Of a DNA stretch of 63,654 nucleotides, positions 55,720 through 63,654 are shown piece after piece; the stretch's first letter is position 1; every line of letters begins with the position of its first letter. Origin of the DNA: an uncultured Anaerolineales bacterium. GTDB taxonomy: Bacteria > Chloroflexota > Anaerolineae > Anaerolineales > UBA11858. The stretch is taken from NCBI GenBank assembly GCA_964457375.1, contig CAYWFK010000007.1:1-63654 (forward strand), written 5' to 3'. The position numbers and the translations under genes are program-made. The notes under the pieces are model-generated. The model ran no database searches. It was not told where the DNA came from and worked only from the letters and a program-made list of their open reading frames with translations.

Positions 55720-57120
55720 TCAATCGATAATAGCGCTGCTGTGCGGCTCCGGAAACGATACGTTTTTCATGCCGGCCTGTGCCAGTTTTTCCATCAGCGG
55801 CTTGGCTCCGCGTGCTTCGCCGTGAACGAGGAAAACATGCTTCACTTGATCCTGAACGGCGCGGGCATATTCGACGAGAAAAGTCTGCCCGGCATGGGAT
55901 GACAATCCGCCGATGGTGGCAATTTCCGCTTTGCGGTAGAAGGTTTCGCCAAAGATTTTCACTTTGGTTTCACGCTCTGCCAGCCGCCTGCCCAGCGTAT
56001 TGGGCGCTTGCCAGGAAACGATCAAAATCGTGTTGCGCGGGTCATTGATATTGTTTCGCAAATGATGCAGGATGCGGCCGGTTTCAGCCATGCCGGAAGC
56101 GGAGATGATCACCGCAGGCCCGCGATGACGGTTGATGGCCTTGGATTCTTCCACGGAACGGGTGTAAGTAACCAGATCGAAGCCGAGCGCCGAATGATGC
56201 TTGTCAAGCCGGATGAATTCCCTGGTTTCTTTGTCGAAACATTCCGGATGTGCGCGGAAGATTTCCGTGGCGTTGATAGCCAGCGGGCTATCGACGAAGA
56301 CGGGAATTTTGGGAATGTCATGGTTTTCGATCATCCGGTGCAGGCAATAGACCAGTTCCTGGGTGCGGCCGACAGCGAATGCTGGGATGATGACGCGCCC
56401 TCCGCGTGCAATGGTATGCTTGACTACCTGGCGCAATTCTTCGAAGGCAATTTCGGGGTCGTCGTGCGGTTTGTCGCCGTAGGTGCATTCCATCAGCAGG
56501 TAGTCTGCATTGGTGGGGAGCACGGGGTCGCGTAACAACGGCAGGTCGCGCCGGCCGATGTCACCGGAAAACCACAAACGATACTGTTTGCCATTCTCGT
56601 CGATATCCAGCACAATGGCGGCAGAGCCGAGAATGTGTCCGGCATCGACAAGGTGTACTTCCAGGCCAGGTGCCGGGGAAAAGACTTCGTTGTAACCGAC
56701 CACTTGAAAGTGCTGGGCAACCCGGGCGGCATCTTCCTGAGTGTAAAGCGCAGCAAGCGGCGGTTCGCCTTTTTTGGCGCGTTTTTCATTCAGATAGCGT
56801 ACATCGGATTCCTGAATGTGCCCGGAATCGAGAAGCATGATGTTTGCCAGATGGGCGGTTGCATCGGTGGTGTAGATGGGACCCTGAAAGCCCTTTTTGA
56901 CCAGTAACGGCAGGTTGCCTGAGTGGTCGATGTGGGCATGGGAAAGCAGTACGGCGTCGATTTGGCGCGGGTCGAAAGCAAAGTGACGGTTGATGGTGTA
57001 GGCTTCTTTCCGGCGGCCTTGAAAGAGGCCGCATTCAAGCAGAATGCGGCGGCCGTTGATTTCCAGTAAATGCTGCGAACCGGTAACCGTTTGTGCAGCA
57101 CCATGAAAATGGATTTTCAC
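55720..57120 (-). CDS. MBL-fold/beta-CASP RNA-processing nuclease (YSH1-like)
   Basis: HGAAQTVTGS, SHAHIDHSG, AGHILGSA, SGD, ECTYG, SGM, SSHA; GTG start 57120 with GGAG RBS. Confidence 0.9.
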   Translation of the reverse strand: MKIHFHGAAQTVTGSQHLLEINGRRILLECGLFQGRRKEAYTINRHFAFDPRQIDAVLLSHAHIDHSGNLPLLVKKGFQGPIYTTDATAHLANIMLLDSGHIQESDVRYLNEKRAKKGEPPLAALYTQEDAARVAQHFQVVGYNEVFSPAPGLEVHLVDAGHILGSAAIVLDIDENGKQYRLWFSGDIGRRDLPLLRDPVLPTNADYLLMECTYGDKPHDDPEIAFEELRQVVKHTIARGGRVIIPAFAVGRTQELVYCLHRMIENHDIPKIPVFVDSPLAINATEIFRAHPECFDKETREFIRLDKHHSALGFDLVTYTRSVEESKAINRHRGPAVIISASGMAETGRILHHLRNNINDPRNTILIVSWQAPNTLGRRLAERETKVKIFGETFYRKAEIATIGGLSSHAGQTFLVEYARAVQDQVKHVFLVHGEARGAKPLMEKLAQAGMKNVSFPEPHSSAIID

Positions 57121-57187
57121 GTGTAGTCTCCTTTTCGGGAAGGATTGTTTTGTATTGTGTTTGTCGAAACAGATGCGGATGCGTTTG

Positions 57188-58321
57188 TCATCCCTGCACC
57201 ACAGACAGGATTTCGTCGCCGAAGTGTTCCAGCCGCCAGGGAACTTCGTACAGGATTTCTGCAAGTTCTTCCGGATTGTGCGGGGCGGCTTCGGCAATGG
57301 CGAAGAGTAAATCGCGCGGCAAGATGACATCGGAGCCGACTTTCATCGACTGCGCCTTTTCTTTCCGCCAGTGGCGCAGGTTTTCCAGGCGGTTCAGGTA
57401 GGCATCGCTCGGACGTTTGTTGCGAGGCGGATAGATGGGGTCCTGGCGCAGCCCCGCCTGAATGGCTTTCAGCAATGCCCGGCCATGCTGTTTGACCAGG
57501 TATCTGGACATCCCTTTGATGTTTGCCAGCTCGTCAAGTGTTTTCGGGCATGCTTCGGCAATGTTGTAAAGCGTTTTGTTGTTGATGACTTTGAATAGCG
57601 GACGATTGATTTTTTGGGCAATTTCGTTGCGGTAAAGGCATAATTCGCGCAGAACGGCAGCTTTTTGCGGGGTAAGAATACGGGATCCGCTGACTCGCCA
57701 AAATGACTCGTATACGCTCTTCTTTTGATTGGTGGCAGTGACGTGGCAGGCACGGCGGAAGTCTTCTTCGGCAATCGGCATGCGCCCCGATGTTTTGAGC
57801 TGCTCGATTTGCAGGCTGCGGAGCGGAATGAGAAAATGGGTATCCAGACGGGCGTAAGCCATCATTTCTGCGGTGAGCGGGCGTTTGCCCCAGTCTGCCC
57901 GCTGGAAGCGTTTGTCGGCATGAATGCCGAAATGAATCTGGAGGATGTTCCCTAAACCGACTGCTTCCCAGCCGAGGATGCGGCCTGCCAGCATCGTATC
58001 GAAAAGATTGCTGAATGTGAAGTTGTAGTCCCGTTTCATCACAATCAGGTCATACTCGGCGGCATGAAACACCTTTGTGATTTTTGGGCTGGCAAATACC
58101 GGCGCCAGAGGAGACAAATCGTCGAGTGCCAGGGGGTCGACAAGAAAATCCTGTTTGCGGGTGGAAAATTGGATCAGACAAACCTGTTCCTGATAAACGT
58201 AGAGGCTGTTGGATTCCGTATCGACGGCGATAATCTCTTGCCGGATGAGAAGATCGGCGAGGCGGTGAAGGGCGTCTGGCGTTGTGATCAGGGTCGGTTC
58301 GGGTAAGTTGTTGACTTCCAT
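57188..58321 (-). CDS. rnd: Ribonuclease D (DEDDy exonuclease with HRDC domains)
   Basis: VDTE, FHAAEYD, DTMLA, QRADWGKRPL, YARLD; two HRDC-like repeats. Confidence 0.88.
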   Translation of the reverse strand: MEVNNLPEPTLITTPDALHRLADLLIRQEIIAVDTESNSLYVYQEQVCLIQFSTRKQDFLVDPLALDDLSPLAPVFASPKITKVFHAAEYDLIVMKRDYNFTFSNLFDTMLAGRILGWEAVGLGNILQIHFGIHADKRFQRADWGKRPLTAEMMAYARLDTHFLIPLRSLQIEQLKTSGRMPIAEEDFRRACHVTATNQKKSVYESFWRVSGSRILTPQKAAVLRELCLYRNEIAQKINRPLFKVINNKTLYNIAEACPKTLDELANIKGMSRYLVKQHGRALLKAIQAGLRQDPIYPPRNKRPSDAYLNRLENLRHWRKEKAQSMKVGSDVILPRDLLFAIAEAAPHNPEELAEILYEVPWRLEHFGDEILSVVQG

Positions 58322-58335
58322 AGGAAAATTATCGT

Positions 58336-58845
58336 TTATCCTTCCATTTTCTTTTCCAGAATGATGGCATCTTCTCCATCGATGTAATAATGTGCCCAGC
58401 TTTCTATATAATGATACCCCCGCTGTTTATAAAGATTGATTGCAGGGGTATTGTGTTTGCGGACGCAGAGCCGAACAGCTGACTTGCCTAGTCCGGTTTC
58501 ACAACGGTCGAGCAGTGATGATGCGATGCCCAGCCGGCGGTAGGCAGGCAAGACTGCCAGTGTTGCAATCCATCCCGGTTGATTCCCCGATTTGATCTCG
58601 CCGGCGATGAAGCCGATCATTTTCCCGGCGAGGGTTGCCTTGAAGCGGACGACCTTGTGCATCGAGAGTATGGCAATCATATCGATGAGTGACCATTGGT
58701 CGATGGGAAAGCAAATGGCTTCGAGTGTGCGCAGTTCATTCAAATCCCGCCAGTTGGCGGGTTTGATATCGTATGTTTTTGATCCGGCTTCGGCTGTGAT
58801 GGTTTCTTCTCTCATGAATGTTTCTTCACTGGTAAAGTTCGTCAC
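58336..58845 (-). CDS. RimI-like GNAT acetyltransferase
   Basis: LAVLPAYRRLGIAS, VRKHNTPAINLY, YYIDGEDA; start could be 58815. Confidence 0.82.
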   Translation of the reverse strand: MTNFTSEETFMREETITAEAGSKTYDIKPANWRDLNELRTLEAICFPIDQWSLIDMIAILSMHKVVRFKATLAGKMIGFIAGEIKSGNQPGWIATLAVLPAYRRLGIASSLLDRCETGLGKSAVRLCVRKHNTPAINLYKQRGYHYIESWAHYYIDGEDAIILEKKMEG

Positions 58846-58909
58846 CGGCAGAGTGAGTACTCCGGATTAGACAAATTGCTGCATTTCCGGGGTTGTTTGC
58901 GTTTTGTTG

Positions 58910-59836
58910 TCATTCGCTTTTGCGTTCTTTGAGAAAATCGCTGAGCAAGCCGGTGAACTCCATTGGGAAGATGAATTTCGTTGCCGGGCTTGTTCCCAGG
59001 TTTTTCAGCGTGTCGAAGTATTGCAGGGTCATTGTCTTCGGGTCTACGGTTTGGGCAATGCTGAATATATGTTCCAGTGCTTTGGCGTACCCCTCGGCAC
59101 GCAGTTCCTGGGCTTTTCGCTCTCCTTCGGCTTCCAGAATCGCTGCCCGTTTTTGCCCTTCGGCTTTGAGAATGGCGGCTTGTTTTTCGCCTTCTGCGAC
59201 GTTGATAGCCGCTTCTTTTTTTCCGGTTGATTCGGTAACCAGGGCGCGGCGGCCTCTTTCGGCGGACATTTGCCGGTTCATCGCTTCCAGAATTTCGTGC
59301 GGAGGGATGATTTCCCGAATTTCGACATTGGTTACTTTTACGCCCCAGCGTTCGGTGACTTCGTCAAGACGGTTGCGCAGCAGGGTGTTGATTTTTTCCC
59401 TTTCGACCAATACTGCGTCGAGCACAATGCCGCCGATGACGGCGCGAAGTGTTGTGGTCGCCATCCCTTGTGCTGCGGTTTCGAAGTTGTTCACTGCCAA
59501 TACGCTTTCGGTCGCGTTCAGAACTTTGTAATACCAGATGAAATCAATCGAAATGGATGCATTATCTTTGGTGATGGCAGTTTGGTGGGGAATTTCGCGA
59601 ATTTGTTCGCGCAAGTCCACCTTGGTGCCTCTATCGAGGTAGGGAATCAGAAAAACCAGCCCGGGACCTTTGTCACCAATGCAGCGGCCCAGACGGAACA
59701 CGACCAAACGCTGGTATTCGGGGACGATGCGAATGGAAGATACGATGATAAGCAGTAAAAATATCAGGATAACGCTCATACACATCAAATTGCCCCCACT
59801 GCTCGTGGTGCTTTGGGCGAGAATCATTTGGTACAT
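58910..59836 (-). CDS. SPFH/band 7 (stomatin-like) membrane protein
   Basis: IVPEYQRLVVFRLG, ITKDNASI, TTLRAVIG, ERWGVKVTNVEI, AERGRRA; GGAGG RBS. Confidence 0.92.
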   Translation of the reverse strand: MYQMILAQSTTSSGGNLMCMSVILIFLLLIIVSSIRIVPEYQRLVVFRLGRCIGDKGPGLVFLIPYLDRGTKVDLREQIREIPHQTAITKDNASISIDFIWYYKVLNATESVLAVNNFETAAQGMATTTLRAVIGGIVLDAVLVEREKINTLLRNRLDEVTERWGVKVTNVEIREIIPPHEILEAMNRQMSAERGRRALVTESTGKKEAAINVAEGEKQAAILKAEGQKRAAILEAEGERKAQELRAEGYAKALEHIFSIAQTVDPKTMTLQYFDTLKNLGTSPATKFIFPMEFTGLLSDFLKERKSE

Positions 59837-59891
59837 CAGTCAACCTCCAATCTTGTGTTCGTATCAAAGGCGTGCGGTTTTCAGGCGGGTG

Positions 59892-60551
59892 CTAAGTTTT
59901 CTGCGGGGGGTTATCTTTCAGCGCTTCAACGACAAGCACGAACCCTTCTCTTCGCAAAACGCGTACGGGTGTGCCGGCGGTCAGGGGATGCTCGCTGCGG
60001 GCGCTCCATAACTCTCCCATAACGTAAACAGTACCCTCTTCGTGAACACGTGTTTTGGTTACCCCGACTGCGCCGGAAACTTCCCTAAGGTCATGGTAAG
60101 GCAATTGTGTTTCGGCATCCAGCACCTTGACGGCCAGGAACCACAAAACGGCGGCGGTGAGCGGGGAAACAATCAGGGTGAGTGCGGGGTGTACGGCAGG
60201 CAGCCACCATGCTGCCCCGCGCAGCAGGAAAGTCGTTCCCAGAATGAATGCCAGCAAGGATATGCCGAGAACGATGCGCTTCTTCGGCTTTCTGACCGCC
60301 AGAAAAAACATGACAGCCCCGGCAATCAGAACCCAGATTGCCCAATAGTTTATCCGCAGGTATCGGATGCTCCAGCCGATGACGAGAATGATGACAATCG
60401 CACTGATTTCCAAAGCACCGGTACCGGGGGTGAGAATTGCAAGGATGGAGAGCAACAAACCTGCAATCATCAGCAGATACACGGTGTTTGGATTGGTGAT
60501 AAACTCGATCATCCTGTTTTCCGATACAGTTTCATGTGGAAACGGAATCAA
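59892..60551 (-). CDS. NfeD-family membrane protein (short form with C-terminal OB domain)
   Basis: TPGTG..E, C-terminal G.V...GELWSARS..PL..G..VRV...EG; paired with the SPFH gene; start may be 60512. Confidence 0.85.
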   Translation of the reverse strand: MIPFPHETVSENRMIEFITNPNTVYLLMIAGLLLSILAILTPGTGALEISAIVIILVIGWSIRYLRINYWAIWVLIAGAVMFFLAVRKPKKRIVLGISLLAFILGTTFLLRGAAWWLPAVHPALTLIVSPLTAAVLWFLAVKVLDAETQLPYHDLREVSGAVGVTKTRVHEEGTVYVMGELWSARSEHPLTAGTPVRVLRREGFVLVVEALKDNPPQKT

Positions 60552-61699
60552 AATTTCTTTTCATAATACCGGTAGGTTTTGTAAACTTCGCCGCCCATCA
60601 ACCGGATTCCCCTGTTCATCATATCGTTGTTGGCAAGAATCCACGACATTTCGGCATTCGGGATGCCTTTTTTCATTGCCTGGAGTGCGGTTTCGTAATA
60701 GAACAATGCATCGATCCCGCGTCCCCGGTATTGGGGAATGACACCGAGAGCAAAAACACGTACCCAATTGACCTTGCCGCGCACTTTCCAGTGCCAGGCA
60801 AACTTTGCCATTGTCCACCATTCCGGTGTGCCGGGTTTGGGGTAAGCCTGTTTCAGGAACTGGTTTAAATCCGGAAGGGTCAGGCTGAACCCAACGGCTT
60901 TGCCTCCGATTTCGGCGACAAAGACCAGGTCCGGGTCGATGATTGGTTTGAGTTCTTCTCCGAGTTTTTCGATTTCCGCATCGGTCATGGGGATGAAGCC
61001 CCAGTTTCTTGCCCAGGAAGCGTTATAAATTTGCTTGACGTGTTCGATTTCATCATCGAAGTGTTTCATGTCGATGTGCCGGATGTGAACTTCGCCGCGT
61101 TCTTTGACTTTTTTGACCACGCGCAGCAGTTTTTCGGGGAATTTGAAATCCTTGTTTTGTGCGCCTGTGCTTGCAGCGTATGCCCAGAGGTCCATGGCAT
61201 TTTCGTATCCGCTGTTTTCGATGAAGTTGACGTAGTAGCGCGGATTGTAGGTCATCAGGATGCGCGGGGAATCGTCGAAGCCGTCGACGAGAAGCCCGCA
61301 TTCGTCATTCGTCGAGAATTGTGCGGGTCCGCGGATGGCATCGTGCCCTTGTCCGTGCACCCAGTTTTCTGCGGCTTCGAGCAAGGCATTGGCGGCTTCT
61401 TTGTCTTCGAGCACTTCGAAAAAGCCAAAGAATCCGACGTTTTCTTCCTGAAATGCGTTGTGCTGGTAGTTCGTGAAAGCTGCAATCGTACCGACGATTT
61501 CTTCTCCGCGTTTGGCGGTGAAGAACTGCACTTTGGCATGTTCGAAAAACGGATTTTGTTTGGGGTCGGTAAAAGCCAGACGTTCCGAGTAAATCGGTGG
61601 TACCCAGTAAGGATCCCCCTCGTACACTCGCCAGGGAAAAGCGAGGAAAGCGCGGCGTTCTTCCAGCGTTTCTACGGGATAAATTTTGACGGGTTTCAT
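60548..61699 (-). CDS. YghO-like GNAT-family acyltransferase
   Basis: FPWRVYEGDPYWVPP, GFFGFFE, MTYNPRYY, WGFIPMT, LGVIPQYRGRG, EMSWILANN. Confidence 0.8.
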   Translation of the reverse strand: MKPVKIYPVETLEERRAFLAFPWRVYEGDPYWVPPIYSERLAFTDPKQNPFFEHAKVQFFTAKRGEEIVGTIAAFTNYQHNAFQEENVGFFGFFEVLEDKEAANALLEAAENWVHGQGHDAIRGPAQFSTNDECGLLVDGFDDSPRILMTYNPRYYVNFIENSGYENAMDLWAYAASTGAQNKDFKFPEKLLRVVKKVKERGEVHIRHIDMKHFDDEIEHVKQIYNASWARNWGFIPMTDAEIEKLGEELKPIIDPDLVFVAEIGGKAVGFSLTLPDLNQFLKQAYPKPGTPEWWTMAKFAWHWKVRGKVNWVRVFALGVIPQYRGRGIDALFYYETALQAMKKGIPNAEMSWILANNDMMNRGIRLMGGEVYKTYRYYEKKF

Positions 61700-61902
61700 G
61701 ATTGCCTCTCGTTTTGATGGATGTAGGAAAACCGATGATAACTGCGTAATTTTGTATCTTTTGTATTGTTTTATTGTACTTCGTTTTCATCGAAACGGAT
61801 ATATGAGATGCCCGCTCTTGTGTGTTACGAGCGAGAAGCATGGCGCTGGCGTTTTTCCGGATTTTTGCCGGCCTGCCTTTTACAGGGCGGGTTACAGGTG
61901 GT

Positions 61903-62685
61903 ATGATTCGGCTGCCTATGGCCGGTTTGTGGATGGTTTCTTCGTTTTGGCTGTATCAATTTGCACTGGTGTGCGCTGCCGGCGCGGGTCTGGGGTTGTA
62001 TCTGTCGGCGGTTTCTTCCAAACGACCGGGCCGGACGATTGATTTTGGGATTGCATTTTTGCTCGGAGCGTTGATTGGGGGACGTTTTGTGTTCGTGTTG
62101 ATTGTCCGTGATGCTTTTCGGGCGCAATGGACGGACGCGTTTTTGCTATGGAACGGGGGCTTCGACTTCGCCGGGGCTGCTGCGGGCGGCTTGCTGGGGT
62201 TGTGGGTTTATGCCCGTGTAAGGAAAGCCTCGTTCCGGGATGCCGCCAGTGAAATAACCCCGCTGGCGGGTGCGCTTGCTGTGAGTGTTTGGCTGGGGTG
62301 CTGGCTGAGCGGGATTGCTTACGGCCCTGTTTCCTCAGCCGCAGGCGGCTTGCCTGCGCCTGATGCGTTTGGCGCGATTGCCTGGCGTTTTCCTTTGCAG
62401 GCGATTGGCGCTGCCGGTGGGAGTGTTTTCCTGTGGCTCGGCAGATTTCTCCGGAAAAAGTATGCACACTGCTTCGCACCGGGGATGGATTTGGGCCTGG
62501 TTTTGGCGGGAAATGCGGCGTTGGCTTTCGGTTTGTTTTTCCTGCGTGCAGATTTTTCGCCAATGTGGCATAATATCCGTGTGGAAATGTGGGAAGCGGG
62601 GGCTGTGTTCTTGATGGCGGTTTTCCTGTTCGTTATCGCCGGAGTGTATGGGCGCTCTTCTTCCTCCGGTGACACCCGGGACTAG
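61903..62685 (+). CDS. Prolipoprotein diacylglyceryl transferase (Lgt)-like protein, degenerate motifs
   Basis: GALIGGR.., LWNGGF...GA..GG, LGCWLSG.AYG, RFPLQ; start uncertain (61822-61903). Confidence 0.7.
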   Translation: MIRLPMAGLWMVSSFWLYQFALVCAAGAGLGLYLSAVSSKRPGRTIDFGIAFLLGALIGGRFVFVLIVRDAFRAQWTDAFLLWNGGFDFAGAAAGGLLGLWVYARVRKASFRDAASEITPLAGALAVSVWLGCWLSGIAYGPVSSAAGGLPAPDAFGAIAWRFPLQAIGAAGGSVFLWLGRFLRKKYAHCFAPGMDLGLVLAGNAALAFGLFFLRADFSPMWHNIRVEMWEAGAVFLMAVFLFVIAGVYGRSSSSGDTRD

Positions 62686-62752
62686 TTCCCTGCTTCGAAT
62701 GGTTTTGTTAATCCGGTTCCTATAAGAAAATGAAAAAAGCGGGTGTTTACGA

Positions 62753-63631
62753 ATGAAATTGATGATTAGTTTGGCACAAATCAACACGAAACTCGGAGAT
62801 GTGGAAGCCAATCTTGAGAAGCATCTGGCTTTGATTGCCGAGGCAAAACAAGCGGGCTCCGATTTGATTGTTTTTCCGGAGTTGTCGTTGACGGGGTACG
62901 CACTGCAAGACCTGACGCCGGTAGTGGCGCATCATGCGGTTGCCGACGACCCTGTTTTCGGCCGGCTGCTCGAAGCAAGCAAGGGTATCGATATCGTTGC
63001 CGGTTTTGTGGATGAGGACAAACGACATCGTTTTTATATTGCCGGGGCGTATCTTTCGCGGGGGGAGGTGCTGCATGTGCATCACAAGGTGTATTTGCCG
63101 ACATACGGCTTGTTCGATGAAGGACGGTTTTTTGCCTGGGGGGATGCAATCCGTGCTTTCGATACGCCGTATGGCAGGGTGGGGATTGCGATTTGTGAGG
63201 ATTTTTGGCATGCTTCTCCCCCTTACCTGCTCTGGCTGGACGGGGCTGATTTGCTGATTTTTACCTCGGCATCTCCGGGGAGGGGCTTGACTGCCGGCAA
63301 CAAGCTGGAGTCAGCCCGCTGGGTCGAGCAAATCAACAAAGCGTATGCCAATCTCTTTACGGTGTTCGTGGCGCACGCCAACCGTGTGGGGTATGAAGAC
63401 GGATTGAATTTCTGGGGCGGGTCGACTTTGTTCGACCCGGACGGGAAACTGCTGGTGCGGGGTCCTTATCACCAGGATGCATTGGTTCATCAGGAAATCG
63501 ATTTGAAGCAGCTGCATCGTACCCGGGCAAGATTGCCCCTTTTGCGGGACGAAAGGACGGCGTTGGTGCAGCGTGAACTAACCCGCATCATTGCAAAGGA
63601 TGGCACGCATGCGAGGGAGAATAACCAATGA
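62753..63631 (+). CDS. Carbon-nitrogen hydrolase, stand-alone glutaminase domain of NAD+ synthetase
   Basis: FPELSLTGY (Glu), KVYLPTYGLFDEGRFF (Lys), ICEDFW (Cys); TGA overlaps the next ATG. Confidence 0.88.
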   Translation: MKLMISLAQINTKLGDVEANLEKHLALIAEAKQAGSDLIVFPELSLTGYALQDLTPVVAHHAVADDPVFGRLLEASKGIDIVAGFVDEDKRHRFYIAGAYLSRGEVLHVHHKVYLPTYGLFDEGRFFAWGDAIRAFDTPYGRVGIAICEDFWHASPPYLLWLDGADLLIFTSASPGRGLTAGNKLESARWVEQINKAYANLFTVFVAHANRVGYEDGLNFWGGSTLFDPDGKLLVRGPYHQDALVHQEIDLKQLHRTRARLPLLRDERTALVQRELTRIIAKDGTHARENNQ

Positions 63632-63654
63632 TCGATTTGACCATCAATCCTGTT
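63628..63654 (+). CDS. nadE: Start of a coupled CDS (MIDLTINPV...), probably NAD+ synthase; truncated by window edge
   Basis: ATGA overlap with the glutaminase gene and GGGAG RBS; only 9 codons visible, identity inferred from context. Confidence 0.5.

Noticed and set aside
62753-63631. CN hydrolase as Lnt (lipoprotein N-acyltransferase) next to the Lgt-like gene
   Set aside because: Soluble, no TM domain, and carries NadE-glutaminase motifs.

Overview
A ~63.6 kb chromosomal segment, most likely from a Chloroflexota bacterium of class Anaerolineae (inferred from the gene content and the style of the hypothetical proteins; no database search was possible). It holds about 60 CDSs, mostly housekeeping (gmk, tmk, pdxS/pdxT, spoVS, clpB, slyD, rnd, split nadE), one tRNA-Ser(CGA), two ABC systems, a two-component system and an ArsR/P1B-ATPase metal cassette. 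I found no CRISPR array, IS element, integrase or rRNA. Two loci stand out. (1) 30.9-40.4 kb looks like a peptide-signalling circuit wired to c-di-GMP. A MalT-like ATPase-TPR-BTAD activator is followed by two copies of an identical 21-bp element, each just upstream of a CATAAT -10 box. The first may drive a ~130-nt terminated ncRNA. The second precedes an operon of a 59-aa signal-peptide-like ORF missed by the ORF track, a DUF5317 membrane protein with signal peptidase II (LspA)-like aspartate motifs, an NHLP-like small protein and a PAS-GAF-GAF-HD-GYP phosphodiesterase. (2) 25.7-29.6 kb is an archaeal-type PolB2 cassette (RadA-like, small helical protein, proofreading-deficient PolB). It lies downstream of an RHH-LuxR regulator whose consensus promoter carries a perfect Gram-positive/Chloroflexi-type LexA box (AGAAC-ATCT-GTTCT), suggesting a two-tier SOS mutasome-like system built on a family B polymerase. 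Other items include a leader-peptide/double-terminator attenuator before an ABC exporter, a YkoF-TrmO fusion and a degenerate Lgt.
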